Positions 60,361 through 64,000 of a stretch of DNA of 64,000 bases are shown here, piece by piece. Position numbers and translations under genes: made by a program. Each line of letters begins with the position of its first letter. The first letter of the stretch is position 1. The stretch comes from Hormoscilla sp. (GTDB taxonomy: Bacteria; Cyanobacteriota; Cyanobacteriia; Cyanobacteriales; Desertifilaceae): positions 1 to 64,000 of the forward strand of contig JBFRWI010000053.1 in NCBI GenBank assembly GCA_051439505.1. Reading direction: 5' to 3'. The notes under the pieces are model-generated. The model ran no database searches, was not told the DNA's origin, and saw nothing but the letters and a program-made list of their open reading frames with translations.

Positions 60361-61905
60361 ATGTTAAGATATCCAGACGCGATAATCAGCGATGACAAGG
60401 GTTTACAAGGAAGCATGGAGAGGATTGTTTCCCAAGTTTTAGAAGGAATAAACAATGTAGTGTTCTTTAGCATTGGGGGTATGCCCCTGATCGTGCTGTT
60501 GCTGCTCTCCGCAGGACTGTTGTTCACCTGGCGGATGAAATTGCTCAATTTCAAGGGGTTGAAGCATACGTTCGATATCCTCCGAGGGAAATACTCCGAG
60601 CCAAATTGCGACGGAGAAATCTCCTATTTTCAAGCCATGGCAGTGGGCCTCTCGGGAACGATCGGCATAGGTAGCATCATTAATCCGATAATTGCGATCG
60701 CCATCGGGGGTCCGGGTGCTTTGTTTTGGATGACGATCGGCGGTCTGTTAAGCATGACCACTCAATTTACCGAATCTGTCCTATCCGTAAAATACCGAAT
60801 AGTCAACAATGACGGCACGGTCAGAGGCGGACCAATGTATTATCTGCCAGCAGGTTTAGCTAGTATGGGACGTAAAAAGTTGGGTCGGGTTTTAGCGCTC
60901 CTATACTCATTTATGAGCGTTTGTGCCGTGTTAGTTAGCCTTTCTATTCTAATTTCTAACCAGTCCCTAGCAGCAGTTGCGGCTGTAATGCCAGTGTTGG
61001 CAGATAAGGGCTGGATATGTGGTGTAATTCTGGCTTTGTTGGTGGGAGTGGTAATAATTGGTGGCATCCAAAGCATCTCTAGGGTGGCGGGTGCAATTGT
61101 GCCAGCAATGTGTGCTATCTACCTGTTTGCTTGCCTGTGGGTGCTGCTGACCCATAATGATGCTATTCCTGGGGCGATCGGCACGATTATCTCGGGGGCT
61201 TTTTCCCCCCAGGCAGTCTCCGGTGGATTCTTGGGGATGCTGGTGCAGGGATTTAGGCGTTCTGCCTTTTCTAATGGAGCCGGGTCGGGAATGCCCTCGA
61301 TCGTTCATGCTACGGCTAAAACTTCTGAACCAGTGCGGGAAGCTTTGATCGCCCAGCTCGAACCTTTGATTACCACGGTAATCATCTGCAACCTGACAGG
61401 TTTGGTAATGCTCGTGACTGGGGCCTATAATAATCCGGAGTATGCTGGTCTGGGCGGTACCCAACTCGCGTCTGCGGCCTTTGGCGAAGCGAGCAGCTGG
61501 TTTCCTTATCTCTTGGCGATCGCGGTTTTATTCTTTGCCTTTTCGACCCTGATTTCTTACATTTACTACGGTGAGATGTGCTGGGAATATATGTTAGGTT
61601 CAATTGGTGAAAGGAGCGAGATTGTTTTTAAGCTATTATGCTTGGTGGGGATTTTCGTGGGGTCGATCGCGGCTCCCGATCCAGTGCTGAAATTCGGCGA
61701 TGCTATGTACCTGGCGATAATTTTTCCCAATCTGTTCGGCGTTTACTTCCTCTATAACCAAGTGGGCGCAGACGTGGAAGATTATTTCGATCGCCTGAAG
61801 GCCCAGAAGCAGGAGACCCTTGGCGAGTCGGAACAAGCAGCAGAACCCAAATACCGCATCAACCTGAGTAAAAAGCCGATCGCCGATCGCAGCAATCCTA
61901 GCTAG
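60361..61905 (+). CDS. AGCS-family symporter, copy 3 (diverged motifs)
   Basis: GLSGTIGIGSIIN, GGPMYY, FSNGAG, EPLITT. Confidence 0.9.
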   Translation: MLRYPDAIISDDKGLQGSMERIVSQVLEGINNVVFFSIGGMPLIVLLLLSAGLLFTWRMKLLNFKGLKHTFDILRGKYSEPNCDGEISYFQAMAVGLSGTIGIGSIINPIIAIAIGGPGALFWMTIGGLLSMTTQFTESVLSVKYRIVNNDGTVRGGPMYYLPAGLASMGRKKLGRVLALLYSFMSVCAVLVSLSILISNQSLAAVAAVMPVLADKGWICGVILALLVGVVIIGGIQSISRVAGAIVPAMCAIYLFACLWVLLTHNDAIPGAIGTIISGAFSPQAVSGGFLGMLVQGFRRSAFSNGAGSGMPSIVHATAKTSEPVREALIAQLEPLITTVIICNLTGLVMLVTGAYNNPEYAGLGGTQLASAAFGEASSWFPYLLAIAVLFFAFSTLISYIYYGEMCWEYMLGSIGERSEIVFKLLCLVGIFVGSIAAPDPVLKFGDAMYLAIIFPNLFGVYFLYNQVGADVEDYFDRLKAQKQETLGESEQAAEPKYRINLSKKPIADRSNPS

Positions 61906-61922
61906 TCGGGATAACTATATTT

Positions 61923-62100
61923 GGCGTTGCACAACGACACCGATGATGAGGGCTGCTAATTGCTAATTGCTAATTGTCAATGGCGGGCAATAGAATTGTC
62001 ATTTGTAGTCAGAAATATCTATTTACTCTTTTCAATTAGCAATTAGCCATTAGCAAAATTTAACAATTGGCTGCTATCATCGGTAAAAATGTGCAACGCC
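61923..62100. mobile_element. Intact MITE, 178 bp, GGCGTTGCACA TIRs, 8-bp target duplication
   Basis: GGCGTTGCACA ... TGTGCAACGCC; CTATATTT at 61915-61922 and 62101-62108. Confidence 0.9.
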
Positions 62101-62672
62101 CTATATTTGTTTAGAAATAAGCTGTCTCAATACTTCTCGGTTAGGGAGAAGGGAGAAGGGAGAAGGGAGAACCCGTCAGTGTCTTCACCCTGTGCCCACT
62201 TCTCTCTCCCCACTGCAACTATAGAGCGGCAGGCTGTAACCATAGAGCGGCAGCCCAACGGAGAACTACGAACGCAGCTAGCGAACATCTAATGCCCCTA
62301 ACTCTTGACAGTGAGGAAATGTTTGTCAGTCCACTGTCTACTAATCTTAGGTATAAGTTATTCTAATACAATCTGAAATCTTGCCGATTATGAGGGAAAA
62401 ATTCTCGTAGAATAGCTCTCGAACATCAAAATATCTAAGAACGAAATATACAGATCAATACTTAATTATTTCCATCTGAAATAATTGTCAATCATTAAGT
62501 GTAACAAGAAAAAGGAATAATAGCAAAAGCGGGAGTAGTAGGGGGACTGCACAAGGACCAGTGCTAGCCCTTCGGCTGCGCTCAGGGACCGCCCATGACC
62601 TTTGAAGATGTGTTAGGATGAGAGGGAGCTGTAAGTAAATCGGCATAAGTAAACGCAACTTGTTTTAATACC

Positions 62673-64000
62673 ATGTTAAGATATCCATACGCGATAATCA
62701 GCGATGACAACGGTTTACAAGGCAGCATTGAAACGATCATAACTTGGCTTCAGTCAGGTGTTGAGGAATTTTTAAAAGGCATAAATGATGCAGTATTCTT
62801 TAGCGTCGGGGGCATGCCCCTCATCGTGCCGTGGCTGATATTCGCAGGGGTATTTTTTACCTTGCGGATGAAATTTGTCAATGTTAGAGCCTTTAAGCAC
62901 GCGATCGATATAGTCCGGGGCACATACTCCGATCCAAGTTCGGACGGAGAAATCTCCCATTTTCAAGCCCTGGCAGTGGCCCTCTCGGGAACGGTAGGAG
63001 TAAGTAACATCTTCAATGCTATGATTGCGATCGCCCTAGGGGGTCCGGGTGCTTTGTTCTGGATGACGGTGAGCGGTCTGCTCAGCATGACTACTAAATT
63101 TACCGAATGTACCCTGGCGGTCAAATATCGGACAGTAAGCAGTGATGGCACAGTCAGAGGCGGACCGATGTATTATCTGTCAGCAGGCTTAGCTAGTATA
63201 GGACAGAGGAAGTTGGGTAGGGTTTTAGCTGTCTTATACTCATTCTTGGGGGTTTGTGGGATATTGGTTAGTATTTCTATCCCACAGTCTAACCAGTCCC
63301 TGGCCGCAGTTGCAGTTGTAGTGCCCATGTTGGCAGATTGCGGCTGGATCTATGGTTTAATCATGGCTTTGTTGGTGGGAGTGGTGATCCTTGGTGGGAT
63401 CCAAAGCATCGCCAGGGTGGCGGGTGCGATCGTGCCCCTGATGTGTGGCATCTACATTTTGGCATCCCTGTGGGTGCTGCTGACCCATATCACCGCTATT
63501 CCTGAGGCGATCGGCATTATTATCTCCTCTGCTTTTTCTCCCCAGGCAGTAGGAGGTGGATTCTTGGCGGGCCTAGTACAGGGATTGAGGCGTTCTGCCT
63601 TTTCTAATGGAGCTGGGTCCGGAATGGCAACGATCGCCCATGCTACTGCTAAAACTTCTGAACCGGTGCGGGAAGGTATTGTCGCCCTACTGGAACCTTT
63701 TATTGACACGGTCATTATCTGCAACCTGAGTGGTTTGGTGCTGCTCGTTACCGGGGCCTATAATAATCCGAAGTTTGCAGACCTCAGCGGTACCCAACTC
63801 GCATCGGCTGCCTTTGGAGAAGCGATCGGCTGGTTTCCTTATGTCTTGGCGGTCGTGGTTTTTTTCTTTGCCTTTTCGACGCTGATTTCTTTAGTTTACT
63901 ACGGTCAGGTCTGCTGGGAATATCTGTTGGGTCCGATTGGAGAAAAAAGTGCGATCGTTTTTAAGCTATTATTCTTGATGGGGATTTTCTTGGGGTCGGT
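62673..64000 (+). CDS. AGCS-family symporter, copy 4 (runs off the window; absent from the ORF track)
   Basis: My translation from ATG 62673: MLRYPYAIISDDNGLQG...ALSGTVGVSNIFN...GGPMYY...FSNGAG...EPFIDT. Confidence 0.88.
   Translation, partial: MLRYPYAIISDDNGLQGSIETIITWLQSGVEEFLKGINDAVFFSVGGMPLIVPWLIFAGVFFTLRMKFVNVRAFKHAIDIVRGTYSDPSSDGEISHFQALAVALSGTVGVSNIFNAMIAIALGGPGALFWMTVSGLLSMTTKFTECTLAVKYRTVSSDGTVRGGPMYYLSAGLASIGQRKLGRVLAVLYSFLGVCGILVSISIPQSNQSLAAVAVVVPMLADCGWIYGLIMALLVGVVILGGIQSIARVAGAIVPLMCGIYILASLWVLLTHITAIPEAIGIIISSAFSPQAVGGGFLAGLVQGLRRSAFSNGAGSGMATIAHATAKTSEPVREGIVALLEPFIDTVIICNLSGLVLLVTGAYNNPKFADLSGTQLASAAFGEAIGWFPYVLAVVVFFFAFSTLISLVYYGQVCWEYLLGPIGEKSAIVFKLLFLMGIFLGS

Larger units (their letters stand above)
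1..64000. repeat. HIP1 octamer (GCGATCGC) dispersed at high density
   Basis: GCGATCGC recurs in most genes and intergenic regions (e.g. 5-12, 138-145, 233-240); hallmark of cyanobacterial genomes. Confidence 0.97.

Noticed and set aside
1..64000. rRNA, tRNA, transposase, integrase or prophage genes
   Set aside because: None recognisable by eye; small RNAs cannot be excluded without covariance-model searches

Overview
Chromosomal window from a cyanobacterium. The evidence is a very high density of the HIP1 octamer GCGATCGC, STRR-type heptamer runs, and psbU, btpA and devH; a filamentous Oscillatoriales-like host is an inference. Left to right it contains: (1) 5-formyl-THF cyclo-ligase, recQ and a Crp-family gene; (2) a small accessory patch with what looks like an orphan CRISPR leader plus half repeat directly upstream of a vapBC-type pair, a HEPN-like gene and DUF29; (3) a ~27 kb cell-surface locus with rfbC-D-A, a type I secretion system plus PPIase, an RTX protein, glycosyltransferases, two sulfotransferase/methyltransferase fusions and wzm/wzt, interrupted by a calmodulin-like/ArsM-like methyltransferase fusion, hicBA and MITEs; (4) conserved cyanobacterial genes (devH, slr1658/slr1659-like pair, TIGR03279, uppP, DUF3120, FHA-cyclase, psbU, VKOR-thioredoxin, btpA); (5) three tandem PAS histidine kinases, pyk, a permuted NlpC/P60 gene and a kinase pseudogene; (6) four tandem alanine/glycine:cation symporter paralogues. 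The most unusual signals are two related non-coding satellite arrays of ~21-bp AACGT-anchored monomers with higher-order structure (31102-31798 and 45971-46640), the leader/half-repeat fused to the antitoxin start, the calmodulin-methyltransferase fusion and a WbdD-like methyltransferase-sulfotransferase-coiled-coil protein. All calls come from reading the sequence by eye; no searches were run.
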